DNA of 64,000 bases from an uncultured virus (IMG/VR IMGVR_UViG_2706795104_000001) (IMGVR_UViG_2706795104_000001:64001-128000), one strand, 5' to 3'. Shown: positions 1 to 11,303, numbered from the stretch's first letter. Translations and numbers: made by a program. Notes: a model not told the origin generated them from the sequence alone.

Positions 1-2082
1 TGGTATAACGGTAGTGTAATTGGAGAGACAGAGAAATGGGGTACTGTATACGGTGCAACACCTGCTACACCAGTTCTCTCTGACTTCGATATTGGTACGA
101 AAAATGTACCTGTGACACTAGATTATTACTATGCGGAGTTTGCATATTCATTAGTGTTCACGTTCGGCAGTTTCTCAAAAACATTCTCTACGGGTGTAGG
201 GAAGACATTCACAATGACATTCGATGACAACGACATCGCTAAGATGTACCAACAAACACCGAATGACAATGTGAAGCAAGCCAACGTTTGGGCAAGTACG
301 AAGTATAACGGGGTAGAGATAAACGATGGGGTTCCGAAGGATCAGAATAAGAAGGTTAACTTACGGGTTGTAAATAGTAATCCAGCATATGCAGGAGGAT
401 TTACCTACCTAGATTCGAATGGTACAACAACTGCTCTTACAGGGAATAACCAGTACATTGTACAGAACAAATCTACGTTACAAGTTAAGATTCCTGCAAC
501 AGCTAAAGCTATCGCACAGAATAGTGCTACAATGGCTCGATACGAAGTATCTGTAAACGGTTCAACGCAGTCTATCAACTACGCAACTACAGACCTTACG
601 CTTAACTTCGGTACGGTGGATGCGGCTACTAACGCTACACTTACAGTTACTGCAATTGATAGTCGAGGTAATAGAACATCTGCATCTTCTGTTATATTAA
701 TGTTGCCTTATTCACCACCTAGTATTTCTGCTAGTGCAGAACGATTAAACAACTTTGAAGCTTCAACTACGATTAAGTTAAGTGGGTCAATCTCACCTCT
801 AACCATTGGTGGTACTAATAAGAACTCTCTTCCCGTTGTTAAATTCCAAAGAAGACAGGTAGGTGGTACATACGATAGTCCAGGTACTAACTTTACAATA
901 ACAGGAAACCCTAACTTCACTGCAACGAATGCCGTAGTAACGCTAGATAATACAGTAGCTTGGGAGATTCTGATTACAGTAACAGATAAGGTAGGCTCCA
1001 CTGTAACGGCTCTACGGACAGTAGCGGTCGGTACTCCAATCTTCTTCATTGATACAGTGAAGAATGCTGTAGGGATTAACAAGTTCCCTAAAAGCGCAGC
1101 AAGTGGTCTCGAAATAGCAGGTGACTTGGATGTTGATGGTATACTTAAATTAAAGGCTAACCAATGGATCGCACAAGGTGCATATAGTTTACATGCCAAT
1201 GGTTCCGACTTTATGGCAGTCAACTCTATCTACTTTAGTAGTCCAGTACAGTCCACTGGGCAAGGATTAAACTTCCTAAGACCAGGTAAAACAGCAGGTT
1301 CTACAAATGCGAATGACTACAGTACTTTCGGTGTTCTAGACTATGCGATGAGGATGAACAACCAAACAATATTTTACCAGTTCCCGAATACTGGAAACCT
1401 ACGATTCGGTGGGGATTTTTATTCACAGAATAGCGGTGGAATTTTCTTTGATGTATATGGGAATATGAAAGGTCAACCCGATGCAGGTAGCGGTAATACA
1501 TGGTCACTTAAAGATGCTGATGGAAGAAATAGATTCCTAACGTATATCGGTAAAGGTGCGACAGGCTCTACAGAAATTAGTTCATATACGAACGGTGTAG
1601 ACTTTTACAACGATGGTGCAAAAGTGTTGATGATATACCAATCAGGTAGTAACGTTAACCGTTATTTAAAATTTGGTGATAGTGGTGGGATCATTAAGTG
1701 GCAAAATAACCAAGGTCGTTTCGAGGTTAGAACTAGTAATGACGGTGACTGGATGGAAATTGCAGGTAAAATCACAAACGCATCTTCTAGAAAGTACAAG
1801 CGGGACATTGAGGTATTCGAGGGAAGCGCAATGGATATTATCAATACCTCTGTAGCAAAAACGTACAAGTATAGAGATAGTGATTTAACACAGGTCGGTC
1901 TTATTGCAGAAGAAGCACCTCAAATTATTTTAGGTAAGAACGGAGACACAGTAGACTCCTATGGTATGGCAACACTGTCTTGGAAAGGGCTTCAAGAGAC
2001 ATATGCAGAACTTAGAAGTGTAAGGGAAACTCTAGCAGAAGTGCAGAGAGAGCTAATAAGATTAAAAATACAAATAGGATAG
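1..2082 (+). CDS. Tail fibre / receptor-binding protein with C-terminal intramolecular chaperone (peptidase S74-like); 5' truncated by the window
   Basis: Frame 1 is open from base 1. Thr/Asn/Gly-rich beta-type sequence. C-terminal SSRKYKRDI...YKY...GLIAEEAP...VDSYGM plus coiled coil is the S74 chaperone pattern. Confidence 0.8.
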   Translation, partial: WYNGSVIGETEKWGTVYGATPATPVLSDFDIGTKNVPVTLDYYYAEFAYSLVFTFGSFSKTFSTGVGKTFTMTFDDNDIAKMYQQTPNDNVKQANVWASTKYNGVEINDGVPKDQNKKVNLRVVNSNPAYAGGFTYLDSNGTTTALTGNNQYIVQNKSTLQVKIPATAKAIAQNSATMARYEVSVNGSTQSINYATTDLTLNFGTVDAATNATLTVTAIDSRGNRTSASSVILMLPYSPPSISASAERLNNFEASTTIKLSGSISPLTIGGTNKNSLPVVKFQRRQVGGTYDSPGTNFTITGNPNFTATNAVVTLDNTVAWEILITVTDKVGSTVTALRTVAVGTPIFFIDTVKNAVGINKFPKSAASGLEIAGDLDVDGILKLKANQWIAQGAYSLHANGSDFMAVNSIYFSSPVQSTGQGLNFLRPGKTAGSTNANDYSTFGVLDYAMRMNNQTIFYQFPNTGNLRFGGDFYSQNSGGIFFDVYGNMKGQPDAGSGNTWSLKDADGRNRFLTYIGKGATGSTEISSYTNGVDFYNDGAKVLMIYQSGSNVNRYLKFGDSGGIIKWQNNQGRFEVRTSNDGDWMEIAGKITNASSRKYKRDIEVFEGSAMDIINTSVAKTYKYRDSDLTQVGLIAEEAPQIILGKNGDTVDSYGMATLSWKGLQETYAELRSVRETLAEVQRELIRLKIQIG

Positions 2083-2097
2083 GGAGCGAACAAATAG

Positions 2098-2629
2098 ATG
2101 ATATACGATGGCTTACAAATTTACGAAAAAGAACTTATTATGCAAGGATTTAACAAGATGCAACCAAACAACCAAGATGCAACCAAACAACCAAGATGCA
2201 CTAGTAAGTGCTATTGCCCGTAAACAAGGTATAACTCTGTGGCAAGTCAAACCTGAGGACATCTTAAAGTACCATAAAGAACTTAAAACAGCTATGATGG
2301 ACGAGTTCGCTGACGTGTATATTAAGCTAGGGTTTAAATCGGTTAACGGGCATAGATATCGTTTAAATGAAAATGACCAAATTAACTTCTTAGGTAAGAA
2401 AGATTGGCTTCGTGACCACCCTGAAGCTACAGAGGTTCCGTGGAAAACAGAGGATGTAGGGTACATAGTGCATACAAGAGAAGACTGGTTAGTAGTACAA
2501 GCTGAAGCGTATACACACAAAGAAACTCAATTGTTCAAATACAACGAGAAAGTTACTGCTATTGCCGCTGCTACAACACACGAAGAACTTGTAGCAGTTT
2601 CTTGGACTGGTGAAGCACCAAATAAATAA
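2098..2629 (+). CDS. Tail-fibre-associated protein (DUF4376-like), frameshifted by a 19-bp tandem duplication
   Basis: RBS GGGAG precedes ATG 2098 (MIYDGLQIYEKELIMQGFNKMQPNNQD). Removing one 19-bp unit joins it in frame to the ORF ending at 2629 (GFKSVNGHRYRL...W.T....ITTHEELVAVSW-type pattern). Confidence 0.55.
2154..2200. repeat. Tandem repeat CAAGATGCAACCAAACAAC x2 plus CAAGATGCA
   Basis: Read directly: units at 2154-2172 and 2173-2191, partial unit at 2192-2200. Confidence 0.95.
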
Positions 2630-2653
2630 TAGATTCATATAGGAGGAAATAAA

Positions 2654-2830
2654 GTGGAACAACAATTACAACAACCACAGAATAAACCAATTAACCCGAA
2701 ACACATCATTGACGAGCAGAGAGTGTCTATCTTCGACCTAATGAACGAGAACATTATGCTTAAAGCATATATTGCTCAGTTAGAAGAAGAGAAAGCACAG
2801 TCTCAGGAACCAAAGGAATCGGCAAAATAA
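2654..2830 (+). CDS. Small coiled-coil hypothetical protein (58 aa), not in ORF track
   Basis: AGGAGG RBS at 2641, GTG start, TAA at 2828-2830. Confidence 0.7.
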   Translation: MEQQLQQPQNKPINPKHIIDEQRVSIFDLMNENIMLKAYIAQLEEEKAQSQEPKESAK

Positions 2831-2846
2831 GAAAGGTGAATAGACT

Positions 2847-3332
2847 ATGACAACTGAAACGATCCAATCGGCAGATGTTATATTCTATAGACCTAAGAGT
2901 TTCATAGGCTGGGTGATTAGTAAAGTTACTAAGTCACCCTATAGCCATGTTGCCCTTGCTATCGACTCTGACACATTGATAGAAGCCAACAGGTTTATAA
3001 AAACGAGAGTCGTACCTATAGAGTATGACAAAAACATCACACATATTTATCGGTTAGATAGTTTAACGAAAGAGGAACAAGATAAAATCGTCTCTATCGC
3101 ACTAAGCTACGAAGGTACTGATTACGACTATGCTCAGATATTTGAAATGTTCTTACGGATCGTACTTAACATTAAACGTACCCTGTTCAACAATCAAAAG
3201 AAACTTACCTGTTCTGAGGTAGTAGATAGCTCTTTCTATAAAGCAGGGATTAAGAGGAAAGACACAGAGTTCCTATATGACATCACTCCTGAAGAGTTAT
3301 TGCAAAAATACTCACTACATAGAGTCCTTTAA
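2847..3332 (+). CDS. Permuted papain-like NlpC/P60 amidase (YaeF/YiiX family)
   Basis: SPYSHVAL (His) precedes YDY and LTCSEVV (Cys), the permuted order. Confidence 0.8.
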   Translation: MTTETIQSADVIFYRPKSFIGWVISKVTKSPYSHVALAIDSDTLIEANRFIKTRVVPIEYDKNITHIYRLDSLTKEEQDKIVSIALSYEGTDYDYAQIFEMFLRIVLNIKRTLFNNQKKLTCSEVVDSSFYKAGIKRKDTEFLYDITPEELLQKYSLHRVL

Positions 3333-3356
3333 GCCGAGGTTTTCCTCGGCTTTTCT
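3331..3356 (+). terminator. Intrinsic terminator
   Basis: AAGCCGAGG-TTTT-CCTCGGCTT followed by TTCTT. Confidence 0.8.
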
Positions 3357-3383
3357 TATATTATAAAAGAGAGGTGATAACAC

Positions 3384-4211
3384 ATGGGAATGTCAGATGG
3401 TAAAACAGCATTAACAAGAATTGCTTTCCAAGTAGGAAACAGATTCTTCCGATTCGCTATCAACCCTGAAAATATGACGTTTGCAAATCCACACCGTACA
3501 ACTGCTTTAAAAACAAAGAGTAGGATCGTAATTGAGGATTTCCAAAGCGACATCCCTACGTACACGATTAGTGGTACAACAGGATTCAACCCCACAGGTA
3601 AAGCTTCAGACCGAGGGATTGCTAAGATAAAAGAAATGAAAGCCTTTCTACGAGACTATGCAGAGATTGGTGGTAACGGTAAGAAATCCGCAGATGATTT
3701 TTATTTCCACAACTTTACAAATGATGAGAGCTTTGTCGTCCACTTAGCTCCTGAAGGGGTTACATATACACAGGACGTTAACGCTCCACTAATGTTCCGA
3801 TACGAGATTAAATTCGTGGTACTTAGAAAGTCTACCGATCCTGCCGATGACGATGTTGTGGCACCTGAGATTGGTAATAGATATCCTACAGTCGGTGGGG
3901 GAGGAAGTAGCTCAGGATCAAATCCTAACCAACGTCCCGACACAGATATTAACTTAGGTGGTGGAGGTCTTGTATGGCAGCCAAGCCCACTGTTCCCCCC
4001 AATAAGTGGTAGACCGAATACAGGTGGTAACGGAGGAAAGTACGACCCGAGTTCAGGTAATGATGACATCTATAACAAGGGTGAAGGTGGAGGTTATGTT
4101 CCAGGCACAGGACGTGACCCAGTTAACCCACAACGACCATCCAACCTATCATATGATTACGGTATGAACGGACTAGGATATAACATCGGTTATTACGGAA
4201 GGTGGTATTAA
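3384..4211 (+). CDS. Tail/baseplate structural protein with Gly/Pro-rich C-terminus
   Basis: 275-aa ORF with RBS GAGGTGA, at the start of the baseplate operon. Confidence 0.6.
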   Translation: MGMSDGKTALTRIAFQVGNRFFRFAINPENMTFANPHRTTALKTKSRIVIEDFQSDIPTYTISGTTGFNPTGKASDRGIAKIKEMKAFLRDYAEIGGNGKKSADDFYFHNFTNDESFVVHLAPEGVTYTQDVNAPLMFRYEIKFVVLRKSTDPADDDVVAPEIGNRYPTVGGGGSSSGSNPNQRPDTDINLGGGGLVWQPSPLFPPISGRPNTGGNGGKYDPSSGNDDIYNKGEGGGYVPGTGRDPVNPQRPSNLSYDYGMNGLGYNIGYYGRWY

Positions 4212-4215
4212 GAGT

Positions 4216-4740
4216 ATGACAATTAGAAAGCCGTTAGACCTTGTTAGATTCGTCTCTAGCGTTCCTGTTCTTACTGATGGGACTATCCCATTAAACGAGA
4301 TGGGAAACACACCACAGTTCGTCTCTAGCCTTTATACACCATCATTTAGTGTATCGGCTCTTGCAAGATTAACGTTAGAGGATATCCAACAAAATAAAAT
4401 TGAAGTGATAAATGTACCACTAGACCCACGAACAATTGTAGCTCAGGTTATTAATAGTGATTTAGCTACGTATAACCCTCGTGTGTATGTTCTAGTGTGT
4501 GCCGTAGTGTTAGAGTCCTTCGCACTATTATATAGCCTAGAAGAGACTCGTACGAGCTTACAATACGTAACGAAGAAAGATATCTTGAAGATAAAGCAGA
4601 ATATAAACTACATTGCAGATTACTTCGGTACAGAAAGAAAGTACCGTCCAATGATTGAGACTTTACGAGATATCGACATCTCTATCGGTTACTTAGAGAA
4701 CCAAGTAGAGTCCGTTATGAATAGATGGGTGGTGAGATAA
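4216..4740 (+). CDS. Putative baseplate-associated structural protein
   Basis: 174-aa ORF tightly packed in the baseplate operon. Confidence 0.5.
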   Translation: MTIRKPLDLVRFVSSVPVLTDGTIPLNEMGNTPQFVSSLYTPSFSVSALARLTLEDIQQNKIEVINVPLDPRTIVAQVINSDLATYNPRVYVLVCAVVLESFALLYSLEETRTSLQYVTKKDILKIKQNINYIADYFGTERKYRPMIETLRDIDISIGYLENQVESVMNRWVVR

Positions 4741-5489
4741 TGGCTAAGTTTAAAAGAAGAATTATCGCAGATGGGGACACGATGCAAGCTATCGCACAAC
4801 AAGAGCTAGGAGATGTGAGCCGTTGGGTAGAGTTAGCTCGGTTCAATGACCTACGACATCCGTACATCGTAGATACTGTAGCAGAGAAGCTAAAGAATCC
4901 AACACACCTACTAACTATCGGGGACACTCTACTGATTGAAATTTCTGAAAACTCACAAGAAGACTTGATGAACGTACTCAATCGTGCAACAGATTTCGAT
5001 AAAGAGGAACTGTACGCACTAGCCTTAGGTAAGGATTTAGATGTACTTCCAATTCCGAAACCGTTTGGTAAATCAGGTTGGGATAATGATGTATTCGAAA
5101 TGAAGGACAACGAAAGAGGAGATGTTGCTACGATCCGTGGAATCGAGAACTTAAAGCAGTCTCTATACATGCGACTAGTAACACCACTTGGAGGTTATCT
5201 AGGCTACCCACGATACGGCTCAAAAGTTCACGAGTATCTTGGTAAAAAGAACACAGAAGAGAACGCAATCCTACTAGACATCGAGATTGAAAGAACGTTG
5301 CGTACCGATGGTAGGGTACGAAGTGTAGAGAAAGTAGGTCATGTTATTGACGGTAACTCCTACTCAACTACTTTTAAAATCTACTCTATTGCGATGGAAG
5401 AAGCTTTCCTACTAGCACTATCAGGTGAGTTAGGTGTAGCAGGTTCATTAGTATTAACAGATAACTTCGTAGATAACATTATACGATAA
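4740..5489 (+). CDS. Baseplate wedge protein (N-terminal LysM-like, gp25-like domain)
   Basis: GDTMQAIAQQELGD..RWVELARFN (LysM-like) and GIENLKQSLYMRLVTPLG....PRYGS...DGRV (gp25-like). TAATG overlap with the previous gene. Confidence 0.8.
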   Translation: MAKFKRRIIADGDTMQAIAQQELGDVSRWVELARFNDLRHPYIVDTVAEKLKNPTHLLTIGDTLLIEISENSQEDLMNVLNRATDFDKEELYALALGKDLDVLPIPKPFGKSGWDNDVFEMKDNERGDVATIRGIENLKQSLYMRLVTPLGGYLGYPRYGSKVHEYLGKKNTEENAILLDIEIERTLRTDGRVRSVEKVGHVIDGNSYSTTFKIYSIAMEEAFLLALSGELGVAGSLVLTDNFVDNIIR

Positions 5490-5502
5490 GGAGGTTTACC
5501 CA

Positions 5503-6549
5503 TTGAGATATAAACAAATGACAGAAATCTATGGGAGATTGGTAGACCATACGATTACAAATACAAATAAGATTAATGACTTCTCTATCGGTAGTGCAAT
5601 CCGAGCGATGTACGAAGCTACTGCTAGGGAGATTGAGCAGCTATACATTTTAACAGAGGAGAATATCCGAGAAGCTATTGCGGCAGGAGTATACTCTTCA
5701 TTCGGGTTCCAACGTAAACCTGCACAACGAGCATATGGTAAAGTCCAATTGGTCTTCCACAATGCCGTACAACAGACTTTACCTCTACCAAGGGGTACAA
5801 GGTTCACTTCTAGTTTAGCAGACTACACGATGACATATGAGACGGTAGAGGACTACTACGTACCACAAGGTGCAGTTACTGCCGAAGTACAAATATTCTG
5901 TACGATTTCAGGAGAGATTGGTAACGTACCAAACAACGTAATTAACATTATGATGACTCCCCTAGCAAACATCAAGTCTGTAACGAACGCACAAGCTTTC
6001 CAAACAGGACAAGACGAGGAGCCATTAGAAGAGTTGAAGTCTCGTTTCCGTGCTTATATCGAATCTCTAAGTAAGGGTACGATTCCTGCACTAGAGTATG
6101 GTACACGCTCCGTTGCAGAGATTTCAGGTGTATGGATTGATGAACAGACAGGTATCGTATATGTTTACGCACACGACCGAAATGGAGACCTTCCTGATGT
6201 TGTGAGAGACAAAGTAATTGCGACATTACAAAACTACCGAGCAGCAGGAATACCAGTTGTTGTACGACCTGTAGTACGTAAAGCAGTTAACATTGATGTT
6301 ACAATAGTAGTAGCTGATAAAACTGCTATTACAAAGGCGCTACAAGATAAGATAGCGTCTGAGATTTCAAGATACCTTAACAACATGCAGACTTCACAAA
6401 GCGTAATCCTATCTGACCTATCTAGTGTGATTAAAGGATTAGATAGACGATTAATCTACGATATCACGTTTAACGATCCGAAAGCAAACGTAATCGTAGC
6501 AGGTAACGAAGTTGTTCGTGCAGGTACAGTTAAGGTTACTCTAGTATAG
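5503..6549 (+). CDS. Baseplate J-like protein
   Basis: AQRAYGKV.LVF...LPRGTRF; GEIGNV; GQDEEPLEELKSRF; RAAGI. TTG start with AAGGAGG RBS. Confidence 0.9.
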   Translation: MRYKQMTEIYGRLVDHTITNTNKINDFSIGSAIRAMYEATAREIEQLYILTEENIREAIAAGVYSSFGFQRKPAQRAYGKVQLVFHNAVQQTLPLPRGTRFTSSLADYTMTYETVEDYYVPQGAVTAEVQIFCTISGEIGNVPNNVINIMMTPLANIKSVTNAQAFQTGQDEEPLEELKSRFRAYIESLSKGTIPALEYGTRSVAEISGVWIDEQTGIVYVYAHDRNGDLPDVVRDKVIATLQNYRAAGIPVVVRPVVRKAVNIDVTIVVADKTAITKALQDKIASEISRYLNNMQTSQSVILSDLSSVIKGLDRRLIYDITFNDPKANVIVAGNEVVRAGTVKVTLV

Positions 6550-6560
6550 GAGGAACTTAA

Positions 6561-7586
6561 ATGTCATTTCTAAAACATCTACATCCAGGGTGGAAAATCG
6601 GTTTACAAGATAAGACAAAAGTGAATGCGGCCATCCTAGATGCAATTGACCAAGAACTGAAAGTAGCGGAATCGGATATGATTGCTAGTAAGTTCGATTT
6701 ATCTTTAGAAAGTGCAACAGGTCAATGGTTAGATGAATACGGAGATGTATTTGGAGTAGTACGACAGGACAACGAGAACGATACGGCTTACAGAGCACGA
6801 ATCATTCAATACATCTTGTTAGACCGAGGTACTATTCCTGCTATTAAAAAAGCAATCCTAGCATTCCTAGGAGACCCAAATACATACGTAAACATCTATG
6901 AGCCATTCAATAATATCTTCTTCTTAAACAAGTCTAAGCTAAACAGTAAGGACTGTCTACTAGGAGAGTATTACACAAACGCAGTTATTGATATCTTCTT
7001 CGCAAACAACTTCCCTGTAGCCGTTATTGACATCGTTAAGAAGTTTAAGCCAGCAGGGGTATCAGTATTTTTAACAAGACAACCAAAAGCATATAATCCT
7101 GCGGTCCAACCGTTTAAAGTGAAACAAGGGACTGACCCTGTAGCAGAAGCAATGAAGATGCAAGCTAATAGGGACAGCACATACTTGTCAATTGGGGAAT
7201 CTGCTATAATAGGTTATAAGAGGATTCACAAGATTATGTTAGCAAGACCTCTAAAAGATACAGAGAATGTTAACAACCCTCCATACCCAGTAGTAATGTA
7301 TGGAAATAAACCATTCGTACTTGTTCCTAGAGACAACGCAGTAGCCGAAGGTGCGAAGTGGTTATACATAAATGTAGCAGTCGAGGACACGGACTTTGTG
7401 AATCAGTCCTACTCTAAAACAGGAGTCTACTTTAATCTTGTTCCTAAGGTAAGTAAAAAAGATACACTGTTACCTAGTGAAGTGACGAGTGCAGGTACAT
7501 TACTAGTTTCCGAGACAAAGGATTCACAAGGTCGTAAGCTAGGACTAAAAATGGACGAACAATTCATGATTGAATTTACAGTATAA
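6561..7586 (+). CDS. Baseplate wedge subunit (P2 gpI-like N-terminus)
   Basis: SATGQWLDEYGDVFGVVR...ENDTAYRARI...GTIPAIK...KPAGV, directly after baseplate J. Confidence 0.75.
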   Translation: MSFLKHLHPGWKIGLQDKTKVNAAILDAIDQELKVAESDMIASKFDLSLESATGQWLDEYGDVFGVVRQDNENDTAYRARIIQYILLDRGTIPAIKKAILAFLGDPNTYVNIYEPFNNIFFLNKSKLNSKDCLLGEYYTNAVIDIFFANNFPVAVIDIVKKFKPAGVSVFLTRQPKAYNPAVQPFKVKQGTDPVAEAMKMQANRDSTYLSIGESAIIGYKRIHKIMLARPLKDTENVNNPPYPVVMYGNKPFVLVPRDNAVAEGAKWLYINVAVEDTDFVNQSYSKTGVYFNLVPKVSKKDTLLPSEVTSAGTLLVSETKDSQGRKLGLKMDEQFMIEFTV

Positions 7587-7600
7587 AGGAGTGAAACGTT

Positions 7601-10600
7601 TTGGCAGATATCATTGATTTAAGCGGTAAACCGTATTATGACCGATTCGATTCTAAGAAAGGTCGCTCTAAGGTTCTATTCCGTTCCGACAGACCATTAC
7701 AACAAGCAGAACTAAATGAGATACAATCTATCGCAGAAGATAACTTAAAACGACTTGGGGATCGCGTATTCTCTGATGGAAACATTCAGACAGGTATGGC
7801 ATTCACATTCGACAACATGGAAACAAAAACGAAGATTACGGTAGAGGATGGATTGCTTTACTTAGCAGGAAAGATTCTACCATTTAAGAAACAAACCATT
7901 CCATTCACAGGTAAAGGTAGAGAAGTGATTGGTGTGAAAGTCGTACAAAGAGTTGTTACATCAAATGATGACCCTACTCTATTAGACCAAACACAAAACG
8001 CTCCTAGCTATCTATCACCAGGTGGAGACCGATTAGAAGAACAGGTTGTATTAACATATAACGATGATAGTACAACCATGATTTACCGTTTTGACGATGG
8101 TAAGTTATTCATCGAACCGAACCGTCCCGAGTTCTCAGGTATCATCGAAATGATTGCTCAACGTGACAAAGAGACTTTAGGTTCGTACCAAGCCGAAGGA
8201 TTTAATATGTGGGCAGAGAAAGGTAGAACTCCTGACACAATTGATGCCGTAGTTGATGCAGGTATTGCTTACGTAAACGGATACCGTATTCATAAACCTA
8301 CTGCAACTCGTATAGCAGTTAAGAAGTCTTCAGATTTCCGTTCTATCGTACAAGAAGCAAGTACATATAAAGCATCTACAAGTAAGGTTAACGTAGGTAG
8401 CATCTTCGTAAAACAAATTAAGAATGTAGTAGGACGTACTTTAAGCCCTGCTGGTGGCGTTCAAATCTCAAAGGGTACGGTAGACGGTCGAGACGCTTTA
8501 CCTGCCCAATACACGAACGTAGACGCTTCTACGGTGCAAGTATATGTAGGAGCTAAAGTATACAAACAAGGGACAGACTACACTATCGTACAAGACAGTG
8601 GTATCCAGTACGTAGATTGGAAAGGTACACTTAACGGTGAAGAACCTACACCAGGTACAACTTACTTCTTAACATTTGAGTATGACCGAGTAATGAAGTT
8701 AGGTACGGATTACAAAGTAGTTACAACACCATTAGGTGATACAACGCCTGGGGCAACCACTGTAATCGACTTTAACGTTGCAGGTGGAGTGAAACCGAAA
8801 GATGGTGGAACGATCCGTGTAGACTACGACTACTACCTATCACGAGAAGACATCATCACATTAGACGTTACAGGTAACTTCACAGTAATTGAGGGGCAGC
8901 CTGACCGTGAAGGTTTAACAAAGCAACCCGAAAACCGTGACCCGTTAACACTGAAAATCGGTAACGTTCACGTATACCCATTCTCTGACTTCGCAGAAGC
9001 TAAGAACACTGCCGTTATGCGTCTCCGTATGGAAGACCTACAACGTATGAAGACTCGTCTAGAGAACGTTGAGTATAACCAAGCTATGTTAATCCTTGAG
9101 AAGCAAGCTACGAAAACAGAAGACCCGTTAACACTACGTGGTGTATTCGCAGACCCATTTACAGACTTCACTAAAATGGATGCAGCTATCTCGTCAGTAG
9201 CTTTCTCATTCGATGACGCTACTATTACGATCCCAACAAAAACTCCTGATGACCAAAAGGTTAGACCGAAGTTCATGGAGAACGAGTCAGTAGCAAACTC
9301 TTGGGGCCGCTTAGTAACTGCACCGTTCACAGAGATTAAAGAGATTAGCCAACCCCTAGCTACAGAAGCTTGGAACGTTAACCCGTACATGGTATATAAC
9401 AAGCAAGGTGTACTAAAGTTAACTCCTGAAACAGATAACTGGATTGATGAGAAACGTGTAACATTATACGAAGAAGACCACATCACAACAAGCTTAAACC
9501 GTTGGTGGATGCACCAAGGAGAAGGAGACCCAGCAGGTAAGGTTAGTGACTGGAATAAAGAGTTAATCGACAAGACACAACTTGAGGGTGGAATCCAGTG
9601 GAATGAATCTTCTATCGGTTGGAGAGAGAAACAAGAAGGATCGTTTTGGTCTTCTGCTCAAACAACTCGTAATGAAGTAATTGAATACATGCGCCAAATT
9701 GAAGTAGCATTCCAAGCAACGAACTTGAAACCGAATGAGAATAACTTATTTATGACATTCGATGGATAATAGAGTCGCAGTTAAACCAACAGGTGCAACA
9801 CAACCAGGTAGTGACGCAGGTACAGTACGTTCTAACGCACAAGGAGAAGCTTCAGGTACATTCATGATCCCTACAGGTGTAAGAACAGGAACACGAGAAG
9901 CTACGTTACAGAATGCGAATAACCAAGCTACAACAACATTCACGGCTCAAGGTTCTGCAAAGATTACGACAGATACAATCACACGTACTCGTGTAACATT
10001 CAACCTATACGATCCACTTGCACAATCGTTCGCATTTCCACAAGCCCGAGTAATTACGAGTGTTGGAGTTTACTTCGGTTCTAAGTCTACTAAAGATAAT
10101 ATCATCATGCAAGTGCGTGGATTATCTGAAGGTGGTTTACCAAACCGTACGATTTACGCAGAGCGTGTACTAACTCCTGACAAGGTTATCGTTTCTGACG
10201 ATGCTTCTAAAGAAACTCGTATTGCTCTTGATGATCCGTTAATGGTTAAGCCAGGAGAGAACTACTGTATCGTGTTCATTACGGACAGTGCCGATTACAC
10301 AATGTGGTGCGCTACAATGGGACAAAAGACATTAGGTTCTAATCCACAAACTGTAATCTCTAACCCGTTCGTAAACGGTGTGTTATTCAGTTCTTCAAAC
10401 GCAGTATCTTGGACAGTACACCAAGAGACAGATATGAAGTTCAATATCTACACTGCTCAGTTCGAAGAGGAAGGTATCATCGAATTTGATACAATGAAGA
10501 ATATTGATTCTAATGGTATCCTGTTAATGGCTTCTTACTTAACACCTGATAACACAGGTTGTGTATGGGAAGTTAAAATAGTAAATGCTTCAGATGTCGG

Positions 10601-11096
10601 AACTGTATCTATTGATAGTGTACCGTGGATGCCACTGGTAAACTATGCAGGAATTGAAACACCGTTCGTAGTTGGTTTAGCTAAGTTACGTGCGAAGTTT
10701 AAGTCTAACCGATATATCTCTCCAATGCTTGTACTTGATGATTTACTATTCGTAAACTTCGTTAGTGCAACAAAAGGTGAGTATGTCTCTAAGACAGTTG
10801 ACCAATCGGCAGCTCCGTTCAACCAAGTTACACTTGCATACGACTCAGCAGCACCAGCAGGAACTCGTGTTAAACCTTACTACTCGTTAGACCAAGGTGC
10901 AACATGGAAAGAGTTTACGAAAGCACCAACTACTACGAAGAGATCAGCAGAGTTCACTCGTTTCACATTCGTAGAGAAAGTTGCAAGTTCTGCAAGAGAG
11001 ATTTCGATTAAGTATAAACTGGTACTTGAAGGGGATAACCGATTCCTACGTCCAAGGGTTAGACAGTTAACTGGTATGACTACGGACGCAATCTAA
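7601..11096 (+). CDS. Large baseplate/adsorption protein (DUF4815-like), split by a +1 frameshift near 9766
   Basis: PYYDRFD...VLFR..RPLQQAELNEIQ N-terminus and YDPLAQSF in the second ORF. LFMTFDG then NRVAVKP joins if one base is removed (GAT GGA T AAT AGA). Confidence 0.75.
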
Positions 11097-11108
11097 GGAG
11101 GGAAACAC

Positions 11109-11300
11109 ATGCCAACAGAACATCGTTGTCCAAACTCAGGGGCGTTAATATTCGTCCCTACTTCCTCTGAAAAATCTACGATTCAAATTGCTAGAGAATT
11201 TAAATCTAGTAAAGAGGAACTTGATAAGAAACTTGAAGATGTGGATAAGTTGAAAGAGGAATTGATGACCTTAATAGCTAAGGCTAAAGAGGAAAAATAA
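11109..11300 (+). CDS. Small hypothetical protein (63 aa) ending the tail operon
   Basis: AAGGAGG RBS and coiled-coil C-terminus. Confidence 0.7.
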   Translation: MPTEHRCPNSGALIFVPTSSEKSTIQIAREFKSSKEELDKKLEDVDKLKEELMTLIAKAKEEK

Positions 11301-11303
11301 GCA

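Noticed and set aside
2154-2200. Possible CRISPR-like mini-array
   Set aside because: The units are contiguous with no spacers, so this is a simple tandem duplication.
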